Positions 49,607-61,100 of a stretch of 64,000 nucleotides of DNA are shown here, in pieces. The stretch lies in NCBI GenBank assembly GCA_000182565.2, contig KQ257451.1. The stretch is one strand, 5' to 3'. The first letter of the stretch is position 1, and each line of letters starts with the position of its first letter. Made by a program: the position numbers and the translations under genes. Under the pieces are notes generated by a model. It had not been told where the DNA came from and did no database searches. It saw only the letters and a program-made list of their open reading frames with translations. The stretch comes from Spizellomyces punctatus DAOM BR117 (lineage: Eukaryota).

Positions 49607-51019
49607 ATGGCGACACCTGAAGTCCCTCTTCCTCCCTCTCTATTCGGACTGGACCACTTGTTTTGGATAAACTCCAAATTGTTCGTGGCAGACATTCTAG
49701 CTTTGCTCCCACATCCTGAGATCGCTGATGTTTACCTGTACAATAACCATCCCTTGCGCAAGGTGGAAGTGACTGGAATTATTGTGGGAAAAGAAGAATC
49801 GGCCAGTTTTGTCTTATACACAGGTAGCTGTCCGATGGTGAATTGCAGTACATGCCTAATATTTCCCTATTACGACCCAAGTTGATGATGGCACTGGCCT
49901 TGTACCGTGCATAAGCTGGTTTTCTCGTACCGAACGGTTCCTAATTGATCGGAAAACACTCCTATTGGGAACGCTAGTTAGAATAGCAGGTCGCGTGTCG
50001 GATTATCGAGGTCAGAGGCAGATAACTGTGAATGCGATCTGTTAGTATATTTCCTTCCACTCCCTTACTATCCAATTCTTGAAAAATAGTCGACTCAAAG
50101 AACTTTCTGTCAATGTAGCAGCGGAAAACGACCCGAATATTGAGACTATGCGATGGCTAGAAGTTATCGATTTGAAGCAATCTGTTTACGATGTGCCCCT
50201 CGAGATCTCTGGTGGACACATGGAGCGTGCTCGGGTACTATTGATGTCCCCAGAAACCAATAGGGTAGCAGCGAACAACTGCCCCGGGGATCGAAATCCG
50301 TCCGTGGAGGTGAGCTGGAATGGTACCTCCTTGTTTGCTCTGTAGAGACGGCAGCGTGTGATTGATTGATTGTTTTCTCAGCTGGAACAGCTTCTAAGGG
50401 AAAAGCGTGACCTAGATACGACCGAACAAGATTTAAAGCGGGCCTTAAAGCTCTTCATCCAGAGCAAAGAACTGGTGCGAGTTCCCTACATGGTTCTCAG
50501 ACATTCGGACGAGATTCTCTTCCTAGTTAACAGGTTGCTGATGACACAAGTAAGCTGCATGGTACTGTATAAGCTCTGTGCTGTAACCGGCTAACTACGT
50601 GCTCTAGAATCAAATATCAAATCCTAGTGCACAACGAGTTAACTCAACCTTAGCCCGTGCCGTGCAAACTCTGGTTAGGGAGGGATTCATGTATTTGTAC
50701 AGTGAAGAGGAGGATGTGTATGAAATTATCCGTCACGATGTCAACCTGGGATTGGCGATTCTCAACCTTATTAAAAGCGATGCAAAATGCCAGGGAGGTG
50801 CGTTATCATTATTCTGTGCGATAAATTTCAGGCTTCTTCGGCTAACGTCCATCTTTGGAAGGTGCGGTATTGGAAAACATCATCTTCACTCTGCGATTGG
50901 ATAAGAAATTCAAATATGTCCACAAGAACGCCATTGAGAAGTCCGTTGGGCTTCTGGTCAATGCAAGCGAAATTTATGAGGTAGACCACAAGGAATACAG
51001 AGCTGTTGAAATAGGCTGA
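49607..51019 (+). CDS. STN1: CST complex subunit Stn1 (OB fold plus winged-helix C-terminus)
   Basis: LFGLDHLFW..KLFVADI, YNNHPLRKVEVTGIIV, VDDGTGLVPC, VRIAGRVSDYRGQRQI, DPNIE..RWLEV. Confidence 0.85.
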
Positions 51020-51283
51020 TGGAGCAGTTCACCCAAATGGGGGATAGATAGCTCAGTCTAGGAGGCCGAAATTGACCGTCATACAGCGATTGTACCTCAA
51101 GTATATAGAACGTGAAGTAACTTGGCGCCAGTCTTTCTAGTCCTGGATCTCGTCTGCTCAACCCATTGCTAAAGCAATGTCGACGCGATAGGGGCAGCAG
51201 TCAATATATTCAGTCCCATTGTGAAAAGGTCCTTCTCATAGTCGTCGTGAGCAAAACGAATTTTGTTCTCACCCACCCATTCG

Positions 51284-52191
51284 ATGGCGATCACTAATGA
51301 GGGGAAGGTTCACGTACTACTCAACTCAATGACCCCGGCAGACGCATCCCTTTACATGCGAACCGCAAAGCACTTCAACCGGATCCTCCCATCCATTAAT
51401 GAGCAACCCTTAACGATAGATTCTCTAGTCAAGTCAAGACCTGGAACCGCAGCGGAACAAGCAGCTTTGGAAAGATGCCATATCTGGAGGGACCAAATAC
51501 TTGAGAAGAGCACGTAATGTGTCGAAGATCTGTTACCAGCGGTTGGAGATTTTAACGGCCGACCCTTGCATCCCATGCATAGGCAGTCGAGTTCGCAAGT
51601 TGATGCAGGGCCTTGCAGAAAAGGGCTGCGCTTTTCGGAAGGAGAACTTCACATGCATAACATGCGACGAAAAGTTGGCAGGGGGCTTTGGCCCTGCTGT
51701 AGGGGTACGTTGTGGGTATTATATATATCTAGTCTGTGCTCATGCTACCGCTTGTTAGGTCCATCTATGCAGCAATATTTTTCAGACAAAAGCGCACATG
51801 GAAGACACCATGGCCCACGAACTCGTCCACGCATATGACTATTGTCGAGCGAATCTCGTTGAAACTAACTGCCAGCATCATGCTTGCACGGAAATTCGTG
51901 CGGCCAGTTTAAGCGGTGATTGTGATATGTTACGGGAGTGGAGTAGAGGAAACTTTGGCTTCTTTGGCCAGTTTGAGGTACTGTCGTTGCATTAGTTACT
52001 CATAGTGCAGAGAAATCGAGTTCGTAACTATTCTTCGATGTAAGAAATGCGTCAAACGTCGAGCAACTTTGGCAATATCTTTCAACCCGTCTTGCCACGG
52101 AGATAAAGCTAGACAGACAGTGGAAGCAGTCTATTCACAGTGTATTGTTGATATATCACCTTTCAGTAAAGAAGAGCTAATAGAATCATAA
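51284..52191 (+). CDS. ATP23: Mitochondrial inner membrane metalloprotease Atp23
   Basis: AGGF, LCSN, EDTMAHELVHAYDYCR (HExxH), HACTEIRAASLSGDC, CVKRRA. Confidence 0.93.
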
Positions 52192-52548
52192 TAGCTGTTG
52201 TACACCAACAAGCCAACACTTGCTTCTAGAACCTGTTGCTCGAGTTCTCTTCATTTTAAATTACTGGACACAACATCCGGAATGGTAGGTTAAGGCTGAG
52301 ACTTCCGTGCACTCTGGACGATGTACGCAGCGTCCTTTGCATTTCCATCAACCTGTGCCCGAGCGTCAGATGTCGTGCTTCCCCTTGTCGTTCATGCATT
52401 CGTACTGTCACCTCGACATTGACATAATGTGCCCACAGATGGATATGTCACCACGATTCGAGTTCATGATCGCGGTGAAAATGTTTTCATTCACTTGCGT
52501 GAGGTGTTCGGGTACTTAAGAACAGCATCCATGACATAAGACGATGGA

Positions 52549-53211
52549 CTATCCGTGCACGGTATACTCGACATCGAAGATCTTGACCAATAACTCAAAA
52601 AATCGTACATCATTCCACACTTCGGAAGTAAATATGCACTGAACGAGCGCTCCCGAGTCAAATCTTTCAACAAAGAACTGTTCAACCTCCTGTAGATCGC
52701 TTGAGAAATATAAATGCGTCACTGCCTCCCATTCAGGCCCTATGAGATCGTTTGTAACGGGATACGGCACCCCCAGATCGATATCGGCTTTATGAATGTT
52801 AGATAGCGCTGGAGCAGAGTTGCCCCTTGGAACGGTGGATATATGATATAGTATGTCACTAGTATCTAACACGTCCAGCTTCTTTCTTATATGTAGTTCA
52901 AACCACTCTTTTTCCATGAACCCCTCAACGTATGGACGCTGCTGAGCGGTATCTTCGTTCAGAGGAGGTTGGGACGAGGTAGTGAACAAGGCGTGCTTAT
53001 TGAGGTGCAAAAGGTATCGAAGAATGGAGTTAGATTCAGCCATGAGAGGACCGACGCAACTCATGCTCGATGTCAGAACGCCCCTGAGGTAGGCATCGTT
53101 CAGAAACAAAAGGTCCGCGAACGAGCGGGCTTTGGTATGAAATAGACTCATGCCGTTAGCATGCTTCTCCTTCAGTAATTCTGACCACGGTTGTGTGCAC
53201 TTGTTGTTCAT
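52549..53211 (-). CDS. Intronless hypothetical protein with a motif like the MTHFR regulatory domain
   Basis: 220-aa ATG ORF containing PLMAESNSILRYLLHLNKHALFTTSSQP...QQRPYVEGFM. Confidence 0.65.
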   Translation of the reverse strand: MNNKCTQPWSELLKEKHANGMSLFHTKARSFADLLFLNDAYLRGVLTSSMSCVGPLMAESNSILRYLLHLNKHALFTTSSQPPLNEDTAQQRPYVEGFMEKEWFELHIRKKLDVLDTSDILYHISTVPRGNSAPALSNIHKADIDLGVPYPVTNDLIGPEWEAVTHLYFSSDLQEVEQFFVERFDSGALVQCIFTSEVWNDVRFFELLVKIFDVEYTVHG

Positions 53212-53501
53212 TACTTTGAAAGACCTTGGTGATGAGCGAGAAACTTCAAGGTTAAAGTCGTGATGGAGAGCACAACTTCACGTGCCATTCACCGCGCGAC
53301 ACGCCCTTGACACCACCGCTTTGTCAACTTTGGACCGACCAGCAAGTGGAGGGTCAAACTGCGAGCACAACCGGTCGTCGTGCAGCCATCGACATATCCA
53401 GACGCATTTGATAGCCGACACAAGGCAGTTCATGTAACAGAATGGTGCGTTGCTGTGTTTCAATACATGCAAGATTTCAGCCCGGCTCACAATCCCAGTC
53501 T

Positions 53502-56500
53502 ATGCGAGGGTTAACGGTTTTTATCGCCGACCTCCGCAATTGTTGGTATCGACGATCTTGTCATATATGAGCCGTCCATAGTCATCTAAAATGAGTAATA
53601 GGTCGTGCGCGAGAGTTGGAGGAGAAGCGAGTGAACAAAGAGTTGGCCAACATACGCTCTAAATTCAAAGGTATTAAGAGTTTTCACCGGCTGCTTCAGG
53701 CGTAATATGTCTAATTATGCAACAACCTAGATCCAAATCTCAGCGGTCGACAAAAGAAGAAATATGTTTGCAAACTGTTGTACATGTATATTCTTGGCTG
53801 GGATGTGGATTTTGGACACATGGAAGCCGTTAACCTACTGTCGTCCAACAAGTACTCTGAAAAGCAGATTGTGAGTAGGCATACGAGAACGTGCATCCTT
53901 GCGGCTTATTCATATGCTTACCCTTTCATGAGTAGGGATATCTTGCTGTAACCCTTATGCTGACGGAAACCAATGAACTTTTGCGATTGGTGGTGAATTC
54001 GATGCGGAAGGATTTGGATGATCCTAACGAAGTACACCAATGTTTAGCGTTGCAAGCGATCGCGAATATTGGTGCGAGGGAAATGGCCGAAGCATTATCA
54101 AATGATGTTCTACGTTTGCTGACGACAAGGTGCGGACTACAGTAATGTGTATGCTAATCACAAGGCTAAATTAGTCGTTGGTGAATCTGCTTTAAAGCCA
54201 TACGCGAAGTTTTACCAAGAAGAAGGCTGCACTTTGCTTATTGCGCTTATACCGCCGACATCCTGATTTAATTCCGGTGAAAGAGTGGGTCGGCAAACTT
54301 TTGGGTTTAATGGAGGAGTCGGACATGGTATGATTGCCAGGTTTTGGCTATTTTTCTACAAACTAAAGGTGCTTTTTTTAAGGCGGCGGCACTGGCATCC
54401 ACGAGCTTAATTCTCGCAATAGCCCAGCAATACCCTGACGAATCGGCAGGCTGTGTCCAGCGCGCAATATCAAGAATGCATAAGGTGCGGATTAGACGCA
54501 ACTATTTGCATGCATGTGACACTCGCTGAACCATTTTCTGTTTGGTGCAGATTGTGATTGAAAAAGAGTACAGCCCGGATTATGTGTACTACAAAGTTCC
54601 GGTTCCCTGGTTGCAAGTGAAGCTCTTGCGTCTTTTGCAGTACTATCCTCCACCCGGTACGTTGATAGTTCATCGCTTTATAACATTGCTGCAAAGCTTA
54701 CAAAACTCAATTCAGATGATAAAACTGCTCGGAACAAATTGATCAATGTGATACAGACGATTTTAAATAATGCGCAAGATATTCCAAAGAATGTTCAACA
54801 TAACAACGCTCAAAATGCAGTTCTTTTTGAAGCAATAAACCTCGCGATTCATCTGGATCCCGAATCGGAGATCGTGGTACAAGCATCGGCACTGCTCGGG
54901 CGATTTATATCATCAAAGGAAACCAACATTCGGTACCTTGGGTTGGAGACGATGGCTCATCTCGCCGGTTTCGCCGAATCGCTCGACACAGTGAAAAAGC
55001 ACCAGGAAACCATTATTCAATCGTTGAAAGACAAGGACATTAGCGTACGACGCCGGGCTCTCGATTTGCTGTACAGTATGTGCGATGTCACAAACGCAAG
55101 GGCTATCGTTTCAGAACTTCTGCATTACTTGACAATTGCCGACTATGCAATCAGAGAGGAGATGGTGTTGAAAATTGCGATTCTAACGGAAAAGTTTGCA
55201 ACGGACTACAGCTGGTACGTCGATGTTATTCTCCAGCTCATAACTATTGCGGGAGATAGTGTGAGCGATGAGGTGTGGTACCGCGTTGTCCAAATCGTAA
55301 CAAATAACGAAGATCTTCAAGAGTACGCTGTCCGTACAGTTCTGAATGCTCTGAAATCACCTACATGCCATGAAACGACTCTCAAGGTGGGGGGCTACAT
55401 TTTGGGAGAATTTGGACATCTGATTGCGAATTCCGCCGGTGGAACCCCAATGGAACAGTTCATGGCTTTACATTCAAAATTTGGCATGTGCACTGGTGCT
55501 ACAAGGGCACTGCTCTTGTCAACTTATCTTAAGTTCACCAATGTTTTCCCCGAAATTAAAGATCAAGTTATACGAGTCTTCAAGCAATATCGATTTGTAC
55601 TTGATGTGGAACTACAGCAGCGGGCTTGCGAATATCTAGCCATTGCTACAATGCCTAGTGATGACTTACTACAGGCTGCTTGCGAGGAAATGCCCCCTTT
55701 CCCTGAACGGGAGTCTGCCCTGTTGAACCGACTTCACAAAAAGATTCAGGATACCGAGGATAAGCGTACATGGCAAATTGGTGGGAAGGACGCTAATAAG
55801 GAGGCGATGAAAAAGGCGGATCGTCGTCGTTCTGCCGTTGAACGTTCTCAAGAGAACATCGCCGCGACTACATCGAGTCAGCAGCCTGCACGGTCAGAAA
55901 TGGATGAGCTACTCGGACTTGCGACCGAACCAATTTCTCAACCTAGCCCGGAACATAATTATAACAAGTTGATCTTGGAAGCGAACGGGGTGCTATACGA
56001 GGACCAATATATCCAGATCGGTATCAAATCCGAATATCACAATAACCTAGGCCGAATGGCAATTTTCTTCGGGAACAAATCGACGTCCACGATAACGAAC
56101 CTGAACACAAATCTTCAGTCAGGTGAAGGAGTGAAGACTACGCTGATTCAGCCGATCGCCAGCACTGTTCCACCGGCTACGCAATACAACCAAGTAATGT
56201 TTTACTGTCTCTTAAAGTTGTGTCGGGCTGGCTTTAATAACATCTTGTACGTCGTAAACAGATGTATAACGTGGAGTGTCATGATGTGGTTGGACATGAA
56301 GTAATAATGCTCGTGAACTACAGTATCGGATCTCACCCCATAGAACTGAACATCAAGATGCCAATTGTGCCTTCCAAGTTTGTTTCTGCGGTAGAACTCA
56401 GTTCTACGGACTTCTTTGGACGATGGAAGCAAATCGGTGGGGCGCCAAGGGAGAGCCAATATATCGGGAAACTGCGATCCACAGATGTGAGCAGAATGAG

Positions 56501-56792
56501 GGATCTCATCAAAGGGCTCAATTTCAGCTTGCTTGATGGCGTTGATCCAAATCCAAATAACCTGGTTGGCGCTGGAATCTTTAGCTCAACCAATATGGGT
56601 AAAGTGGGATGTCTGATGCGGCTAGAGCTGAACCTAGATCAGCAGGTTTGTACCCTTGTTGTACGTCATCATACCATGCGCTCCTGTAACGCTGTTCACC
56701 ACCAGATGTATCGATTTACGCTACGGACGACAAATGAGTCTGTAACCGAAGTGTTGGGGCTTCAATTCAAAGAAGCCGTTGAAGGCCAATAG
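53502..56792 (+). CDS. AP2A: AP-2 adaptor complex alpha subunit (Apl3)
   Basis: [74 protein letters not shown]-terminal ear domain. Confidence 0.96.
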
Positions 56793-56904
56793 CCGTTTTG
56801 ATCAAGAATATGGCTATGTATTCGTACAATGTAATCTATTTACAAGGTTTTAAACTGTGGACCCATGCTGTTTAATGCTCTTCATTGCAAACCCACAAAT
56901 ACTG

Positions 56905-57969
56905 TCACTGATATAGACCTTGTTCCCCTATATATTTGACTACCGAGTCTGGCAGGAGGTATTTGATAGATAGGCGCCGCTTAACGAAGAGCCTGCAAAG
57001 ATCGGTATGAGATCCTATTTCCTCAGCTAGCACAAGCATCCTTCGCATGCCAATTACCTGATTTTTGTGGAGGATATGTCATTATTGATGTGCTGTTGGA
57101 TGAGGTGGATATTTTTCTATTTCGCCGATATAGAACGTGATGAGTCAGCAAGTCGATGAAGCTAAGTACAAAAGGCAGGCGCACCCTATGTCGGTATAGC
57201 ACATCGCTTTGCAGCATGAACTCGGTCAAATCTGCGCCCGATCGTTCAATGATCAGACACCCAAAGTCACCTATAATGTGATCGAGCTATTATAGAGAGA
57301 GAACACACTGAAACGGTGAGAAGGCTCCAGCAAGATCCGTCAACAATTTCACCTACATCCGATTCCTTCCACAGGTTGGGCACGGCGAACGATTGTATAA
57401 GATCGCCCCCAGCTAGCAGCATGATGTGAATACGCGGATGGCTTCTTTCAGTGAATGTGCTTTGTCCATTCAGCATTCTATCGAAATGGTCCAGCACCCA
57501 GGCCGTCCGCTGGTATTCTGGTTGTCTACTTTCCCATGGGTCAACCATCAGCCAGTCGCTATCCGCCACGGCAAGTTCACACATGCGAACACGGTGATTC
57601 CATGCTGCTAGCCCCGGTTTATTATAGGCATCGGAGACCGGGGAGAAATAGCCGCCGAGTAGGCAAAACTGGGGATGGTCATTGATATAGTCTCGCGCCA
57701 TCTCTAGCGCACAGAGTTAGAGCAATGACCACCGGAAGAGCTCGCGGAAACGCAAACGAGGTACCAAACATGCGAAGGTGAAGATTTGTGACGGGAGAAT
57801 AGGATCCGCAAGCTACGATGACTAGCGGTATCACCCCTGGGCACAGTTCCATCCCTCTTTTGAGTTTGTCCTTTGGGAATACATAATCATCCGGATACGT
57901 AGAGTGAGGGGTTTCCCGAGCGGCCGCTACAGCAGCAAGGCTTGTTGCGTGCGTTGAGATGGAGCTCAT
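56905..57969 (-). CDS. NMA1: Nicotinamide/nicotinate mononucleotide adenylyltransferase
   Basis: LVIVACGSYSPVTNLHLRMF, GGYFSPVSDAYNKPGL, WLMVDPWE, MLLAGGDLIQSF, NDISSTKI, YLLPDSVVKYI. Confidence 0.94.
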
Positions 57970-58172
57970 TCTGTGATCTCGAACACGGATTGTCTAACGT
58001 GCGCAGCAAGCTTAGTTTCATGACGCCATGAACGCTGACTCACCGCCCAGAAACCCGTCGGCAGCCTCCAAACCCGCCGCTCCAATTTGGATATAGATCG
58101 TCCCAGAACTAGGCAAGGAAGAAGCGCTACTACTCGGACTACTGTTGGGTTACTTCCTCAGGTAGCACCACC

Positions 58173-61100
58173 ATGTCTTTCCAATGGTCATCCAAAAACC
58201 AAGCTCAAAATGTGCGTGATAACTCCGCTTTGCTCTCATGGCATTTTGCGTTCTTTGTGCACTTTTGCTAACCTGAGCCATGGGCTGGAACCGATATCAT
58301 TTAGGGGGTGGAAGACATGACGGTGGGTCCTTTGATGCAGTATATACGCGCAGTTAGATAACTGATTTACCCCGATGCGAATGTGCACAGCTCCTCAGCA
58401 AGGTCACCGATGACCAGGTACGCATTCTTTTGTATCGCATGGACTAGTATCTTTGTTTAGTGATTCTTTTGCGTCTGAAGATCACGGAAAACCTAAAAAA
58501 GAGGTAGTGATTTCCTATTCATGCGTGCTGCTTGCTGAGCAGTTATTTACCGAAAAACGGATACCGTAGGATTCAAGCAGATTTGATGTTCACGTATATT
58601 GGTACGTATGGTCAAGTTCATGGAAGCGATTATATTTGACTAAACAGTAAGCCTACGTCAGGACCTACTCTCGTCGCCGGTAACTCCATACTTGTCCTAG
58701 CTCACCGTTGTTGAATCGGAACAGTGACTGACTTCGCACAACCTGGTTAGTGAATCCCTATAAGAAACTTTCTTACTTTACGGAGAAAGAGATAGGTACG
58801 CGTCGGCATCTCTGTGAACTTTTCTTTTCTACTATTCTGTCAACGCTGACTCGTAAAATGGCTGTCTGTAGAGCTGTATCATGGTGCCGTGAGTATCAAG
58901 ATACATCATGTTGCATAGGATGACGAAAACGAAATATGACTTTGGCTTCGTAGGCGTCCTACGAGCATCCCCCGCACATCTACGCCGTCGCTGATAAAAT
59001 GTAGGTGCACTCTGCTGCACCCTCTTCTCATGCAATGACTTAGCCACCAGATCGCAGGTTCCAGAGTATGATTACCGACGAAGAGAATCAATGTGTAATC
59101 ATCAGGTACGAGGAGCAGAAGGGCTGTCCGTTCAGCCCATGCTGACTTTAGCTTCTACAAATGTGTAGTGGAGAGAGTGGAGCAGGTGTTTATGGAGCAT
59201 TCGCAGCCGATGGAATTACAAGCTTCTGAAGCATTTCATATCATTGCACAGGCAAGACGGAGTCTGCAAAATTGATCATGTACGAATGAGCGCATTGTGA
59301 CTGCATGGGGTTCTCGCGTTTGATGTATTCAACTTGGTTCCCGTCACAGGAACTACATCGCTGCCGTGTCCGCCAAAGGTGGATCGATGAATCGTGTTGT
59401 AGACGAAGTTAAGCGAATCATTTTAGGGTCGAATCCCCTATTGGAGTCTTTCGGCAACGCGAAGACTCTCCGAAACAACAACTCCAGTCGTTTCGTATGT
59501 ACCTTGAGTTTGCTGTTTACTCGTCAATTTGAAACCTCTCTGAGATGTGCTGGCTTTAGGGAAAATATTTCGAAATCAACTTCAGTAAAAGCGGGGCACC
59601 TGGTGGGGGGAAAATATCTAATTTTCTCCTGGAAAAGGTAATGTCATGGTGCCCTTTGCACAATTTGCAATGTAGCTCATCTGTAATATTGGACCATCAG
59701 TCTCGAGTTGTAGGACCCGGTCCCGGAGAGCGGAATTTTCATATTTTCTACCAGATGACCAAGGGTGCCAGTCCACATGATAAGGAGCAATTGGGCATGA
59801 TGGAGCCAAAATATTTTCATTACCTCAATGTCAGTGGAGAGTATAATGCGGACGGTATCAACGATGTCGAAGAGTATGAAGACATGAAGAAAGCAATGGC
59901 AGTGTGCCAGATCAGCGAAGCGGATCAGCTGTGCGTATTGCAAATTGTGGCGGGCATTCTGCATCTAGGAAATATCGCATTCTTCGAAGAAGGGAACGAC
60001 GCAAAAGTGTCAGATCCCCAAGCATTGGCATTTCCTGCCTATCTTATGGTAAGACTTGGTGCTGCAGCCATAATTTTCGGCGGGCTCATCTAAGTCCATG
60101 GCTAGGGGGTATCCGAAGACTTACTGCAGGCGAAATTGACAAGGTTCGTGTGGACAGTTTCGGTTCGATTGGATTACGGGCTAATTTCTGTTATAGCCGA
60201 AGGATGACCACTGGCGGTTTTGGCAAAAGAGGCTCCTCCTACAATGTACCGCTTAATGTGCAGCAGGCACAAGGAACGAGAGATGCACTTGCCAAGGTAG
60301 TGTTTCGGGCCCCGGGCGTTAGGTGTGCTTTAGTTACAATACTCACCAGCAAGGATAGGCATTATACAGTCGCCTTTTTGACTGGATAGTACAGGTTTGC
60401 ATCTTATACCCATTAATCATGACTGCCAGCAAATTTGACTCTATCCTAGGCCGTCAACACAGCAATGGCTAACTTAGCAGCCGGCTTACGAGAAAAAGCC
60501 CAGCTTTCCTTGGGCGTTTTGGATATCTTCGGGTTTGAGGTACTTCATATCCCATTTGAGCCGAACCACAAACATCTAAATTCGGCGTGTTCTACTTTAT
60601 TCCTTTAGATCTTTGAGGTATTATGCAGATGCAGTGAATGCCTGAACTCGACTTCAGATACTGATTGAAGGCACCGTAGCGGAATGGATTCGAACAATTC
60701 TGCATTAATTATGTGAACGAACGATTGCAACAGATTTTCATCGAGCTCACTTTAAAATCCGAGCAGGTAAGCTATGACGGTGTTACATTAGATTACCGTG
60801 AGATGTCGTGCTAAGGTAATTGTCAAAACAGGAAGAATATCAGCGAGAGGGTATCAAGTGGACACCGATTGACTATTTCAATAATAAGGTGGTGGTTGAT
60901 CTGATCGAAAGTAAAGTGAGTCTTTGAGGAATTCTGCATTCTGAAATGAAGGGGTACAATGTTAAACGACCGATGAATAGAGACCTCCAGGCATCATGGC
61001 AGGTGAGCTCCATGGCATCTTTGGATTCCATTTGATAATGATTAATTTTGACGGAATATTAGTCTTGGACGATGTGTGCTTCACCATGCATGCTGTGAGC

